Source: an uncultured Methanosarcinales archaeon
GTDB taxonomy: Archaea; Nanobdellota; Nanobdellia; Woesearchaeales; ARS49
Length of the DNA: 64,000 nucleotides
NCBI GenBank assembly: GCA_964637115.1
Contig: CAZWVL010000008.1
Location: 10,268-74,267, forward strand
Direction: 5' to 3'
Part shown: in pieces, positions 28,540-38,336 of the stretch
Numbering within the stretch: the stretch's first letter is position 1
How the letters are laid out: each line of letters begins with the position of its first letter
The notes under the pieces: generated by a model
Seen by the model: the letters and a program-made list of their open reading frames with translations, nothing else
Databases searched by the model: none
Told to the model about the DNA's origin: nothing
Made by a program: the position numbers and the translations under genes

Positions 28540-29469
28540 TTATTTGACGTACTCGCCAGTAGGAGTACCGCCAGTAACGTAACGATACGCTTCCAAAACA
28601 GCAACAGCGCCCATCCCTGCGCTGATAACAGTCTGCTTGTGAGGAACAACAGTAACATCACCACACGCATACAATCCAGGAGTTTTTGTCTTGCACAAAA
28701 TATCAACAACAATCTCACCAATAGCATTAACGTCTACCAATCCATCAACCATTTTGGTGTGAGCATCCCAGCCAATCTCTGAAAAAATGCCCTGCACTAA
28801 AAGTTCACGACGCTTTTTCGTGTTCACATCCTCAATGATAAGAGATTTCACAAATTTGTCACCAGTAATTTCAACAGGAATATGATTTGTAATGATTTCA
28901 ATCTTCAGATCTTTTTTTGCGTGCTCGACTGTGACTTCATCCGCTCTAAATTTATCGCGCCTATGCACAAGATAAACCTTTTTTGCAATACGAGAAAGCT
29001 CTAAAGCTCCCTCCAGCGCACTGTTGCCGCCGCCAATAACTACCGTGTCTTTATTTGGAAATAAAGGCGCGTCACAAGTGGTGCAGGTGCTTAATCCTCT
29101 TCCGAAGAACTTGTCCTCACCAGGAATGTTCAGCTTTCTTCTTTCACGGCCATAACACAGAATGATGGTTTTTGATTCTAGCTTGCTGCCATCATTCAAC
29201 TCAATTGAGAAATTCTTTGTTTTTGTAATCTTCGCAACCATTGCTTCATTAATCTCGCAGCCCCACTTCTTTGCAGAAGACCAGAACTTTTTCATCAATT
29301 CAGGGCCAGGACCTTCATAGCCAGGATAATTCTGAATATCATTAGTAGTATTTGTCTCGCCGCCGATGTTTGGACCAGTAATTAAAATGCATTTCAGCTT
29401 CTTCCTGCCGGCATAAATTGCAGCTGTCAAACCAGCAGCGCCAGCCCCAACAATAACTACGTCGTACAT
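28540..29469 (-). CDS. trxB: Thioredoxin-disulfide reductase
   Basis: GAGAAG FAD motif, CTTCD redox centre, GGGNSA NADPH motif, GLYACGD. Confidence 0.93.
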   Translation of the reverse strand: MYDVVIVGAGAAGLTAAIYAGRKKLKCILITGPNIGGETNTTNDIQNYPGYEGPGPELMKKFWSSAKKWGCEINEAMVAKITKTKNFSIELNDGSKLESKTIILCYGRERRKLNIPGEDKFFGRGLSTCTTCDAPLFPNKDTVVIGGGNSALEGALELSRIAKKVYLVHRRDKFRADEVTVEHAKKDLKIEIITNHIPVEITGDKFVKSLIIEDVNTKKRRELLVQGIFSEIGWDAHTKMVDGLVDVNAIGEIVVDILCKTKTPGLYACGDVTVVPHKQTVISAGMGAVAVLEAYRYVTGGTPTGEYVK

Positions 29470-29705
29470 ACTAAACCTTCACAAGCACCAGTATTTAAGT
29501 ATTTTTACGAATGCCGCGCCGGTCATGACTAAATTTTTCTCCCCTGTGCATGCAAGGGGAGAAAAATTTACCTTGGTTACGCCAAGGCGGCGCGCCAGTT
29601 TACAAAGAAGAAGTCAGAAATTCATCACTTACCTGTTACTCCTCAATGATAGAAAAATATATTAAGAAGGGCAACAGTGAAATTTCAGCAAGGAGGAAAA
29701 GTTAC

Positions 29706-30095
29706 ATGAAAGCTTCTGACATGGGCGCATTTATGGCAATCATTTTACTGGGGTTAAACCTGTTTGCAGCACTGCTGCTGGAAACAAAAATGCCAAAATA
29801 TTACGGCTGGGAAATATTGTTCATATGCATCATCGGACTTGTAACATTTGCAGTATTATTCGGACTATGGATAGATGAACCATGGGCATACCCATTAAGC
29901 TCAATCTTGTTCGCACTGTCCATCGCCAACGTGGTCTGGCTGTTCCACATCACAGACACTTTTACCACATCTGCATTTGCACTGCTGATAAACATTGCAG
30001 GACTTGTAATCTGCCTGGCAAACATAAGACAACAAGCACCAGTGACTGGATCACTTGAGACGTACGAAGTTTCAGAAAGGCGCAGAAAAAAGTAA
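29706..30095 (+). CDS. Four-TM hypothetical membrane protein
   Basis: GGAGG SD before the ATG at 29706; the upstream in-frame extension is unlikely to be real. Confidence 0.6.
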   Translation: MKASDMGAFMAIILLGLNLFAALLLETKMPKYYGWEILFICIIGLVTFAVLFGLWIDEPWAYPLSSILFALSIANVVWLFHITDTFTTSAFALLINIAGLVICLANIRQQAPVTGSLETYEVSERRRKK

Positions 30096-30181
30096 TTTCT
30101 TTTATTTTCTTGTCGAAAACTTGCTAAAATCATATTATGATACTCCAAGTTTTCGAGCACAGTCGGAATCCGCAAAGCGGA

Positions 30182-32788
30182 TTACCGATGTGCTAAGAAC
30201 TTGTGAATTTCTAAATAGATAAATCCGGTAAGGGCAACACCAGTTATCATAAGCCATTCCTTCAAAGACAATGCAACCAGATGAAACACGCCCTGCAGGA
30301 AAGGCACGTACATTATCAACAACTGCAGTGCAAACGAAGACGCAACAGCAACCCAGAGCCATTTATTAGCAAATAAGCCAACAGCAAACACAGGCTTGTG
30401 AACACTTCTGCAGCCGATGGCCTGGAAAAGCTCAAACATAACAATAGACGTGAAAGCAACAGTCTGCGCTTTTGCCAACCCATGAGACTGGAACACGTCA
30501 AACAGCCAAATCGTGGCAATTGTCAACAAGACAGGATAAATGTAAATGTAAGGAGCAAGACCTGTGAAAATACTCGCATTTGCCCTTCTTGGAGGACGCT
30601 GCATCACGCCAGGCTCAACAGGGTCAACACCCAAAGCCAAAGCAGGCAAGCCATCGGTCACAAGGTTAATCCACAAAATCTGGATTGCGATCAAAGGAAG
30701 AGGCAAGCCAAGCAGGATGCTCGACAGAATTACAAGCACCTCACCAATATTTCCAGACAAAAGATACGCCAAATACTTCTGAATATTGTCAAAAATCCTC
30801 CTGCCTTCCTCGATAGCCCTGACGATAGTTGCAAAATTGTCATCGGCCAAAATCATTCCAGAAGCTTCCTTCGCAACATCAGTGCCGGTTATGCCCATAG
30901 CAATGCCCAAGTCCGCCTTCTTCAACGCAGGAGCGTCATTAACACCGTCACCCGTCATGGCAACAATATGGCCTCTTGCCTTCAACGCACCGATAATCTT
31001 CAGCTTATGAGCAGGATTCACGCGAGCATAAATGGCAATATTCTCAACTTCTTCTGACAAGTCGCTAATCTGGTCGAGCTCAAGACCAGTAATAGCACGA
31101 CCTCTAATTCCAAGCTCCTTGGCAACAGCCTGAGCAGTAGATATATGGTCGCCAGTAATCATAACAACCTTGATTCCAGCAGTCTCGCACCTTTCAATAG
31201 CCTCTTTCGCTTCTCTGCGTGGAGGATCGATCATCGCCTGCAAGCCAACAAAAACCATTTCTTTTTCAGGATCGCTCTTTGCATCCAATTTCTTGTAAGC
31301 AAAACCCAAAACTCTCAAAGCCTGATTTGCAAACTTCTCATTCTGAGAAATAATAGCCTGCTTTTCCTCTCTTGTCAGCCGTTGCTCATGACCATTAACC
31401 AGAATCTTGGAGCACAGTGACAATACAATCTCAGGAGCACCTTTTGCATAAGCAACCTTAGTCTTGCCAACAGAATGCAGAGTTGTCATCCGCTTGCGCT
31501 CACTCGTGAATTCTATCTCGCCGACACGAGGGCATTCATCGTGCAATGTTTCCACATCAAATTTCGCTTTCTTGGCAGCCACTATCAAAGCAGCCTCGGT
31601 CGGATCACCAATAACCTGCCAAGAATCATTCTCAAGCTTCAGCTTCGCATTATTATTCAAAGCGCCAATACGCAATAAAAGCTCAAATGCTTTCGAATCT
31701 TTTGAAAAATAGCCCTCAGGAGAATAACCAGAGCCTGCAACCTCAACTTCCTGACGATTAACATACAACTTGCGCACGGTCATCTCGTTATGAGTCAAGG
31801 TGCCAGTCTTGTCGCTGCAAATGACCGAACAAGCGCCAAGCGTTTCAACACTTGGCAGGTTGCGCACGAGCGCATTCTTCCTCGCCATACGCTGAACACC
31901 AATAGAAAGGCCAACAGTAACTACTGCAGGCAAACCTTCAGGAATAGCTGCAACAGCCAACGCAATTGCTGTGAGCAGGACAGCCGTAACCGGCTGGTCA
32001 ATCTTCAAAACGCCCACAATAAACACAATAACTGCAACAATTACAACCATCACACCGATATAAGCGCCCAATTTCTTCAGCGTCTTCTGCAAAGGAGTTG
32101 CTTCTGGCTTGGCTTCCTGAATCATACGCGCAATATTACCAATCTCAGTATGCATGCCGGTTCCAGTAACAACGGCACGCGCGTGGCCGTTAGTAATAAT
32201 GGTACTTGAAAAAAGCATATTATGCCTATCGGCAACAGCCAGCTCTTTCTTGAACGTTTCCAATTCTTTCTTCACAGGCAGGCTTTCTCCAGTCAAGGCT
32301 GCCTCCTGAGTCTGCAAATTTACAGACTCCAGCAGACGCGCATCTGCAGGAATTTTGTCTCCAGTATCAAGCAAAATAATATCTCCAGGAACAACTTCTG
32401 ACGCATCAATTTCCGATTCCTGCCCGTCACGCAGTACCGTTGCCTTCAAGGAAATCATTTTCTTGAGCGCTTCGATCGCCCTTTCAGCCCGATATTCCTG
32501 AACAAAACCAAGAATTGCGTTCAAGACGACAATGGCACCAATAACGTAAAAATCAACATACTCCTTAACCACCAAAGAAATAATCATTGCTGCCAGCAAA
32601 ATCCACACAATAGGACTCTTGAACTGGCCCAAAAAAATGAAGAACGGATGAAGTTCTTCTGCCTCACGAATCTGATTGTGACCGTATATTTTGAGACGCT
32701 CAGCTGCTTCTGCGCTAGACAAACCCTTATCAGACACGTTCAGCTCTGCAAGGACCTCTTTTTCTGTGAGAAGATAATGTTCGACCAC
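30182..32788 (-). CDS. P-type ATPase, type IIA Ca2+-transporting
   Basis: TGES, IPEGL, DKTGTLT, KGAPE, MITGD, TGDGVNDAP, NLVTDGLPA. Confidence 0.95.
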   Translation of the reverse strand: MVEHYLLTEKEVLAELNVSDKGLSSAEAAERLKIYGHNQIREAEELHPFFIFLGQFKSPIVWILLAAMIISLVVKEYVDFYVIGAIVVLNAILGFVQEYRAERAIEALKKMISLKATVLRDGQESEIDASEVVPGDIILLDTGDKIPADARLLESVNLQTQEAALTGESLPVKKELETFKKELAVADRHNMLFSSTIITNGHARAVVTGTGMHTEIGNIARMIQEAKPEATPLQKTLKKLGAYIGVMVVIVAVIVFIVGVLKIDQPVTAVLLTAIALAVAAIPEGLPAVVTVGLSIGVQRMARKNALVRNLPSVETLGACSVICSDKTGTLTHNEMTVRKLYVNRQEVEVAGSGYSPEGYFSKDSKAFELLLRIGALNNNAKLKLENDSWQVIGDPTEAALIVAAKKAKFDVETLHDECPRVGEIEFTSERKRMTTLHSVGKTKVAYAKGAPEIVLSLCSKILVNGHEQRLTREEKQAIISQNEKFANQALRVLGFAYKKLDAKSDPEKEMVFVGLQAMIDPPRREAKEAIERCETAGIKVVMITGDHISTAQAVAKELGIRGRAITGLELDQISDLSEEVENIAIYARVNPAHKLKIIGALKARGHIVAMTGDGVNDAPALKKADLGIAMGITGTDVAKEASGMILADDNFATIVRAIEEGRRIFDNIQKYLAYLLSGNIGEVLVILSSILLGLPLPLIAIQILWINLVTDGLPALALGVDPVEPGVMQRPPRRANASIFTGLAPYIYIYPVLLTIATIWLFDVFQSHGLAKAQTVAFTSIVMFELFQAIGCRSVHKPVFAVGLFANKWLWVAVASSFALQLLIMYVPFLQGVFHLVALSLKEWLMITGVALTGFIYLEIHKFLAHR

Positions 32789-32875
32789 AAAAAACAGCTG
32801 GAATTACGAATATATATAGTTAACGAAGAAAGATTTAAAATAAACTGCACGTATAACAACAAAAAAGGTGATTAA

Positions 32876-33721
32876 ATGGTAACAGCACAAGACTTAATGC
32901 GAAAAGACTACATTTCTGTCGATATCAGCGATACTGTTTCTGTGCTTCTGGGAGCTCTAAAAAAAGCAAAAGAACACTATGCACTCGTATTCGACGGCAA
33001 GAAGTATTTAGGCATGGTTGCCAAAAGATTCCTGCTTTCCAGCAGAATAGACCCTACAACGATGAAAGTGGGAAATATAACAAAAAAACGATCAAAATCA
33101 AAAACAGCATTCTTCGTGCCGGAACTTTCACTTGACACGGATATAAAAGAAATATGCAAGCTAATGTCAAGCTCTGACAGCCACGTGCTTCCTGTTTTAG
33201 AGAAGGACAAGGTCATCGGCATCGTGCAGGCAAGCGACGTCGTGCATGAGATAGCCCGTGAATACGCAAAGGTATCCTGCCAGGAATTCTCGCCAGTACT
33301 CATAACTGCCAGCGCTGACGACGGAATTGATGCTGCAATCAGGATTCTCAGCAGAGAAAGCATAGACCACCTGCCAATAGTCGACAAGGAAAACGCAGTA
33401 ATAGGCATGGTAGCAATGTCAGACTTATTGGACAACCCGAACTTTTGGGGAATGCAGGCACAAAAAATATCGCAAGCAGCCAGCCACCAGAGAGGCAAAC
33501 GAACAGGATACGGACACGGCGAGAAGACAAAAATGTCAAACCTGCCGATAAGAAACTTATTGAGCAGAAAACAATTATGCTGCACTTCTCCGGAAACAAA
33601 AGTGCCTGATGCTGTCGCATTAATGGAAGAAGAAGGAGTATGCAGCATTGTGCTTGTAAAGAACAAGAAAGCATTCGGCATTTTCACCATGAAATCCCTG
33701 CTGATGGATTATGCGAAATGA
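32876..33721 (+). CDS. CBS domain protein (two pairs)
   Basis: Repeated CBS units (HVLPVLEKDKVIGIV, HLPIVDKENAVIGMV). Confidence 0.85.
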   Translation: MVTAQDLMRKDYISVDISDTVSVLLGALKKAKEHYALVFDGKKYLGMVAKRFLLSSRIDPTTMKVGNITKKRSKSKTAFFVPELSLDTDIKEICKLMSSSDSHVLPVLEKDKVIGIVQASDVVHEIAREYAKVSCQEFSPVLITASADDGIDAAIRILSRESIDHLPIVDKENAVIGMVAMSDLLDNPNFWGMQAQKISQAASHQRGKRTGYGHGEKTKMSNLPIRNLLSRKQLCCTSPETKVPDAVALMEEEGVCSIVLVKNKKAFGIFTMKSLLMDYAK

Positions 33722-34337
33722 ATGGATAATATTGCTATTGTTAGTTGCATGCATGGTGCCACGGCAGCCGCCGGCACATTCAGTACCAGCGCAGGAAGTT
33801 ATGACTTCTGTTGCGCCTAAAGTTCCAACAATTGAAATTATTCCTCAAAAAACACTTACTCCTGAGGTGAAAAGTATGAAACTATCCAGCCCTGCATTCC
33901 AGCACGAAGGAAAAATTCCTTCTAAATATACCTGCGACGGAGAGAATGTTAATCCAGCATTAGTTTTTTCTGATGTTCCTGCGAATGCGAAAAGTTTAGT
34001 GCTAATAATGGACGATCCTGACATTCCCGACTTTGCAAAACAGCGAATCGGCAAGGACGTATTTGATCACTGGGTAATTTTCAACATAAAGCCAGATGTT
34101 ACAAAAATATCAGAAGGCGAAGCGCCTGGAACCCAAGGAAACAACAGCAGAGGAGAAGCAAAATACACCGGGCCATGCCCGCCAGACAGAGAACACAGAT
34201 ATTTCTTCAAGCTGTTTGCACTTGACACAATGCTGAGTTTGCCTGAAGGCTCGACTAAAGAACAAGTTCTAGAAGCAATCAAAGGACATGTTCTGGCGGA
34301 AACAGAGTTGATGGGAAAGTATCAACGTAAGATTTAA
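33711..34337 (+). CDS. YbhB/YbcL (PEBP) family lipoprotein
   Basis: LSSPAF, YTCDGEN, LIMDDPD, HW, YTGPCPP, HRYFFKLFALD; lipobox LVAC. Confidence 0.9.
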   Translation: MRNEWIILLLLVACMVPRQPPAHSVPAQEVMTSVAPKVPTIEIIPQKTLTPEVKSMKLSSPAFQHEGKIPSKYTCDGENVNPALVFSDVPANAKSLVLIMDDPDIPDFAKQRIGKDVFDHWVIFNIKPDVTKISEGEAPGTQGNNSRGEAKYTGPCPPDREHRYFFKLFALDTMLSLPEGSTKEQVLEAIKGHVLAETELMGKYQRKI

Positions 34338-34472
34338 TGTTCTTCTCCGTATTAATCTAATGCCTCGATTAAATCGGCCGAAAAGGTGAGACATTTTGTA
34401 CGGCTACGACAACTTTGCATACTCTTCATGATTTTCAATCACGAGAACGACTAAAAAAGAAAGAAGAGGAAC

Positions 34473-34961
34473 TTACTTATTTTTAATATATACTTTATAT
34501 TGGGCGAGATCAGGAATTAATTCAACAACAACGTCCTTTCTCTGAATAGCTGGGAAAAATTTATCCATACTAACTCTTTGTGAATTATCCATCCAGCGCC
34601 TTCCCGCACTATATTCTTCAGCTGCTACATGTGCCATATACTGAATATCGCCTTCTGTAACCCCTTCCCAAATTTGTTCACAAATCCCTCGTTGTTCATC
34701 TGCACCTTTTGTAAATCTATAAATCTTTGGTGTTACGGGTTGACGATGTTTTTTATGTTGAATCATTATTTGAATCCACATCATATATTGATGAGTACTT
34801 TTATTTAATTGAAATTCATTCCAGAACTCTACACCAGCATATTCTAAAGTATCACCAGCATGCCCACTTTTTGCTACAATCTTAGGGAGTAATCCACTCT
34901 GATTTAAGTTAGCCCAAACTCTTTCTTCTAATTGCCGATATCTCTCAGGTTTATCTTTCAT
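34473..34961 (-). CDS. AT-rich hypothetical protein
   Basis: 162-aa ORF with a TTTATAAA box about 22 nt upstream. Confidence 0.6.
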   Translation of the reverse strand: MKDKPERYRQLEERVWANLNQSGLLPKIVAKSGHAGDTLEYAGVEFWNEFQLNKSTHQYMMWIQIMIQHKKHRQPVTPKIYRFTKGADEQRGICEQIWEGVTEGDIQYMAHVAAEEYSAGRRWMDNSQRVSMDKFFPAIQRKDVVVELIPDLAQYKVYIKNK

Positions 34962-35026
34962 GCATTATTGATAATTCATTCGTTTATAAACTTTTCCTTT
35001 TTTGTCACTCTGAAGTTACTAAATTT

Positions 35027-35087
35027 TAAGCATAAGAATAATCTAAAATAAGCATAAGATAATCTTTTTATAGACATAAAGATTAAT
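35027..35087 (+). promoter_or_regulatory. Three tandem 22-bp-spaced repeats (candidate operator)
   Basis: CATAA cores at 35031, 35053 and 35075 (TAAGCATAAGAATAATCT / TAAGCATAAGATAATCT / TAGACATAAAGATTAAT). Confidence 0.55.
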
Positions 35088-35112
35088 ATAGCAGTATACG
35101 AAATAGGTATAC

Positions 35113-35337
35113 GTGTTGAGTGAAAGACAACCCAGAAGGCACTTCAAGGAAATCAGGCAGATAATTCTACGCGACCTGCTAATGGGGCAGAGGACAGTCA
35201 ATCAAATAGCTGAAAATACGGGATTAACCTGGCGCACGGTTGACAATCACCTCATCTATCTTTCTGGAAAAGGACTGGTTGAACCAGTATTTGTAAGCGA
35301 ATACGTCAAGATTTACCGGCTGAAGGTGGCCAGATGA
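35113..35337 (+). CDS. Small winged-helix DNA-binding protein
   Basis: RTVNQIAENTGLTWRTVDNHLIYLSGKGLV HTH pattern. Confidence 0.75.
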   Translation: MLSERQPRRHFKEIRQIILRDLLMGQRTVNQIAENTGLTWRTVDNHLIYLSGKGLVEPVFVSEYVKIYRLKVAR

Positions 35338-35562
35338 GCAAACTAAAAGTTCTCATGTTCGGATGCTCATCAAACCTTTGCAAAAGGTTTGATCTAAAGC
35401 ACTCAAGCGGGATTTCCGCTGCGCTACAATCCCGCGACATGTCGGAAATGCTTTGCATTTCCGAGCATGCTCGGAAATCTTTGATTTCCGACATACCAAA
35501 AGCCGTCCCGGCCGCATGGGAGGCAAGAACATGAGCAAACTAAAAGTTCTCATGTTCGGATG
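35334..35562 (+). mobile_element. 165-bp palindromic REP/MITE-like insert between 32-bp exact direct repeats of the GT4 gene start
   Basis: ATGAGCAAACTAAAAGTTCTCATGTTCGGATG at 35334-35365 and 35531-35562; four hairpins in between. Confidence 0.75.
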
Positions 35563-36748
35563 GGAATTCCCACCATTCAAATCAGGAGGACTAGGAACAG
35601 CATGCTATGGACTGACAAAAGGACTGGCGCGAAACGGGTGTGAAGTAACATTTGTCATGCCAGTAACGCCAGAAGGAGCAAAAGCCAAGTTTGTGAAATT
35701 GGTTGGCTCTTCCAACATTGCAAGGAACGTCAAAATAAGAAAAGTCGAAAGTCCGCTGATGGCGTATATGACTTCATCATCTTATGAAGAACACATAACA
35801 ATCAGCGGCAACAAGAAAAAACACGTCTACGGAAGAGACTTGTTTGAAGAAGTGCAGCGTTATGCAGCATTGGCAAAATACATTGCAAAAGAAGAAGAGC
35901 ATGATATCATCCACGCACACGACTGGATGACCTATCAGGCAGGCATAAATGCGAAAAAAGCCAGTAAGAAGCCGTTGGTTGTGCATCTGCACGCAACAGA
36001 ATTCGACAGAACAGGAGAAAATCCAGACGACAGAATCAGCCACATAGAATGGCTTGGACTAAAAGAAGCAGACAGAATAATCACGAACAGCAACTACACA
36101 AAACAAAACATCATCAAGCATTACAAGATACCGGCAGAGAAGATAGACGTCGTGCACTGGGGAATTGATGATGTTGACGTTCCATCATTTGACACGCCTC
36201 TCAAAAAAGATAAGATAGTGCTCTTCCTGGGAAGAATAACACTCCAGAAAGGACCGGACTATTTCATAGAAGTAGCCAAGAAAGTTCTTACATACGAGCC
36301 GGATACGAAATTCGTCATTGTGGGAGACGGAGACATGCTGCCACGCATAATTAATCGCGCGGCAGAACTTGGAATAACAAACAAAATCATCTTCACAGGT
36401 GCGTTGTCAGGAGACGATGTTCATAGAGCATTCAAGACAGCAGACATCTATGTAATGCCAAGCGTCTCAGAACCATTCGGACTTGTTGCACTTGAAAGCC
36501 TGAAAAACGGCACTCCAGTCATTATAAGTAAGCAGAGCGGCGTGGCAGAAGTGCTCAAGCACGCGCTTAAAGTAGACTTCTGGGATATTGATGAAATGAC
36601 CAACAAGATTGTGGCAGTGCTCAGGCATCAAGCACTCAAAGAGGAACTGAAAGAACACGGCATGCACGAAGTGCAAAAGTTCAACCTTGACGAGCCAGCA
36701 CGAAAAGTAAGAGACACGTATCATCACGTCCGAGGTGAGCACGCATGA
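35531..36748 (+). CDS. GT4 glycosyltransferase (glycogen/starch synthase-like)
   Basis: MFGWEFPP..SGGLG, IHAHDWMT, HLHATE, FLGRITLQKGP, MPSVSEPFGLVALE. Confidence 0.9.
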   Translation: MSKLKVLMFGWEFPPFKSGGLGTACYGLTKGLARNGCEVTFVMPVTPEGAKAKFVKLVGSSNIARNVKIRKVESPLMAYMTSSSYEEHITISGNKKKHVYGRDLFEEVQRYAALAKYIAKEEEHDIIHAHDWMTYQAGINAKKASKKPLVVHLHATEFDRTGENPDDRISHIEWLGLKEADRIITNSNYTKQNIIKHYKIPAEKIDVVHWGIDDVDVPSFDTPLKKDKIVLFLGRITLQKGPDYFIEVAKKVLTYEPDTKFVIVGDGDMLPRIINRAAELGITNKIIFTGALSGDDVHRAFKTADIYVMPSVSEPFGLVALESLKNGTPVIISKQSGVAEVLKHALKVDFWDIDEMTNKIVAVLRHQALKEELKEHGMHEVQKFNLDEPARKVRDTYHHVRGEHA

Positions 36749-37962
36749 CTGACGTCTGCCTCTACTTCCAAGTACACCAGCCATTCAGACTGGCACGATA
36801 CACGCTCTTTGATATTGGAAAACACTCAAGATACTTTGACGAAGCAAAAAACAAAGAAATAATGCTCAAAGTAGCGCGAAAATGCTACCTGCCAACGAAC
36901 AGCATAATCAGACAGCTTATTGCGAAACACGACGACTTCAAAGTAACGTACAGCATAACTGGAAGCGCGCTTGAACAATTTGAAAAATACGCACCCAACG
37001 TATTGAGAAGTTTCAAAGAACTTGCAGAAACAGGAGCAGTTGAATTCCTAACAGAAACAAGCAACCATTCACTCTCCGCGCTTGCGGATAAAGATGAATT
37101 TACTTCACAAATAAAAGAACACCAGAAATTAATCAAGAATTACTTTGGACAAAAGCCCAAGATATTCAGAAATACAGAATTAGTTTACAATAATGAGATT
37201 GCCAAAACTGCAGAACAACTTGGTTTCAAAGGCATACTCGCAGAAGGATGGGACTCAATACTAGGATGGCGAAGCCCCAACTACGTCTACAAGGCAGCAG
37301 AAACGCGCAAAATGAGATTGCTGCTCAAGAACTACCGGCTTTCAGATGATGTGGCATTCAGATTCTCCAATAAACACTGGAACAGCTGGCCATTAACAGC
37401 AGAAAAGTACGCAGGATGGATAGCGCCCATACTCGGAGACAGCATCAACCTGTTCATGGACTATGAAACATTCGGAGAGCACCAATGGGAAGACACAGGA
37501 ATATTCAACTTCCTCAAACACTTGCCGGCTGCACTGAAGAAACACAACATAAGCTTCAAACATCCCAGCGAACTGCTGAAAATACGGCCAAAAGAAGAAC
37601 TCGACATCCAGCAGACAATCAGTTGGGCAGATGTAGAAAGAGATACGAGCGCATGGCTCGGCAACAAAATGCAGCAAAGCGCGCACGCACAGATTTACTC
37701 AATTCGAAAAGACGTGCTTGCAAGCGGAGACAGAGAATTACTTGCTTCGTGGAAAAAACTTACGACAAGCGACCATTTCTACTATATGTGCACCAAATGG
37801 TTCAACGATGGAGACGTGCACAAATATTTCAGCCCATACGATACCCCATATGACTGCTTCATCAATTACATGAACATATTGCAAGATATGACGCTCAGAC
37901 TCAAAAATAAACAAGGACTGTTTGAGTCCATTAAAAGATTTGTCAAAGAGGTGAAGTTATGA
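36745..37962 (+). CDS. GH57 alpha-amylase-like glycoside hydrolase
   Basis: YFQVHQP, FRNTEL nucleophile motif, LFMDYETFGEHQW, TSDHFYYM. Confidence 0.9.
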   Translation: MTDVCLYFQVHQPFRLARYTLFDIGKHSRYFDEAKNKEIMLKVARKCYLPTNSIIRQLIAKHDDFKVTYSITGSALEQFEKYAPNVLRSFKELAETGAVEFLTETSNHSLSALADKDEFTSQIKEHQKLIKNYFGQKPKIFRNTELVYNNEIAKTAEQLGFKGILAEGWDSILGWRSPNYVYKAAETRKMRLLLKNYRLSDDVAFRFSNKHWNSWPLTAEKYAGWIAPILGDSINLFMDYETFGEHQWEDTGIFNFLKHLPAALKKHNISFKHPSELLKIRPKEELDIQQTISWADVERDTSAWLGNKMQQSAHAQIYSIRKDVLASGDRELLASWKKLTTSDHFYYMCTKWFNDGDVHKYFSPYDTPYDCFINYMNILQDMTLRLKNKQGLFESIKRFVKEVKL

Positions 37963-38336
37963 AACGAACAAAACAAAGACGCGTCAAATCAAAAATCAGG
38001 AAAACAAGACCTTCCCACAAGCCAAAAACAACCGTACACGTGACCATAACACGAAAAGTTTTAGGCAAAACACCGGAAAAATACAGTTTCAACCTGCCAG
38101 ACGGCAGAAAACTGAGAAGCGTGTATGAACTGATAGACGAATTAGAGACTATGAGTGAGGAAAACTTCAGGCATTACGTGACTGAAACAGAAAACCACTT
38201 TGCCAACTGGATAGAACACGTGTTCAGCGAAAAACACCTGGCAAATGAACTGAGGCACGTAAAAAACAGGATAGACACGCAAAGAGCGATTTTGAAACAT
38301 CTTGTAAGAGAACTCATGAAAAAGGCACACGCATGA
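37959..38336 (+). CDS. DUF5752-like protein
   Basis: FNLPDGRKLRSVYEL...FRHYV...NHFANWIEHVF. Confidence 0.7.
   Translation: MKRTKQRRVKSKIRKTRPSHKPKTTVHVTITRKVLGKTPEKYSFNLPDGRKLRSVYELIDELETMSEENFRHYVTETENHFANWIEHVFSEKHLANELRHVKNRIDTQRAILKHLVRELMKKAHA

Noticed and set aside
29550-29705. 52-aa N-terminal extension of the membrane protein
   Set aside because: It overlaps hairpin DNA; the SD supports the ATG at 29706.
30398-31712. Long plus-strand ORFs opposite the P-type ATPase
   Set aside because: Antisense shadows of a clearly recognisable gene; no motifs.
34346-34430. 25-codon minus-strand ORF resembling a ribbon-helix-helix fragment
   Set aside because: Too short and too weak to support.
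35366-35530. Palindromic cluster as a CRISPR array
   Set aside because: There are no unique spacers between identical repeats and no cas genes in the window.
35453-35530. Upstream extension of the GT4 ORF given in the ORF track
   Set aside because: It lies within the palindromic insert; the family N-terminus begins at 35531 behind an SD.
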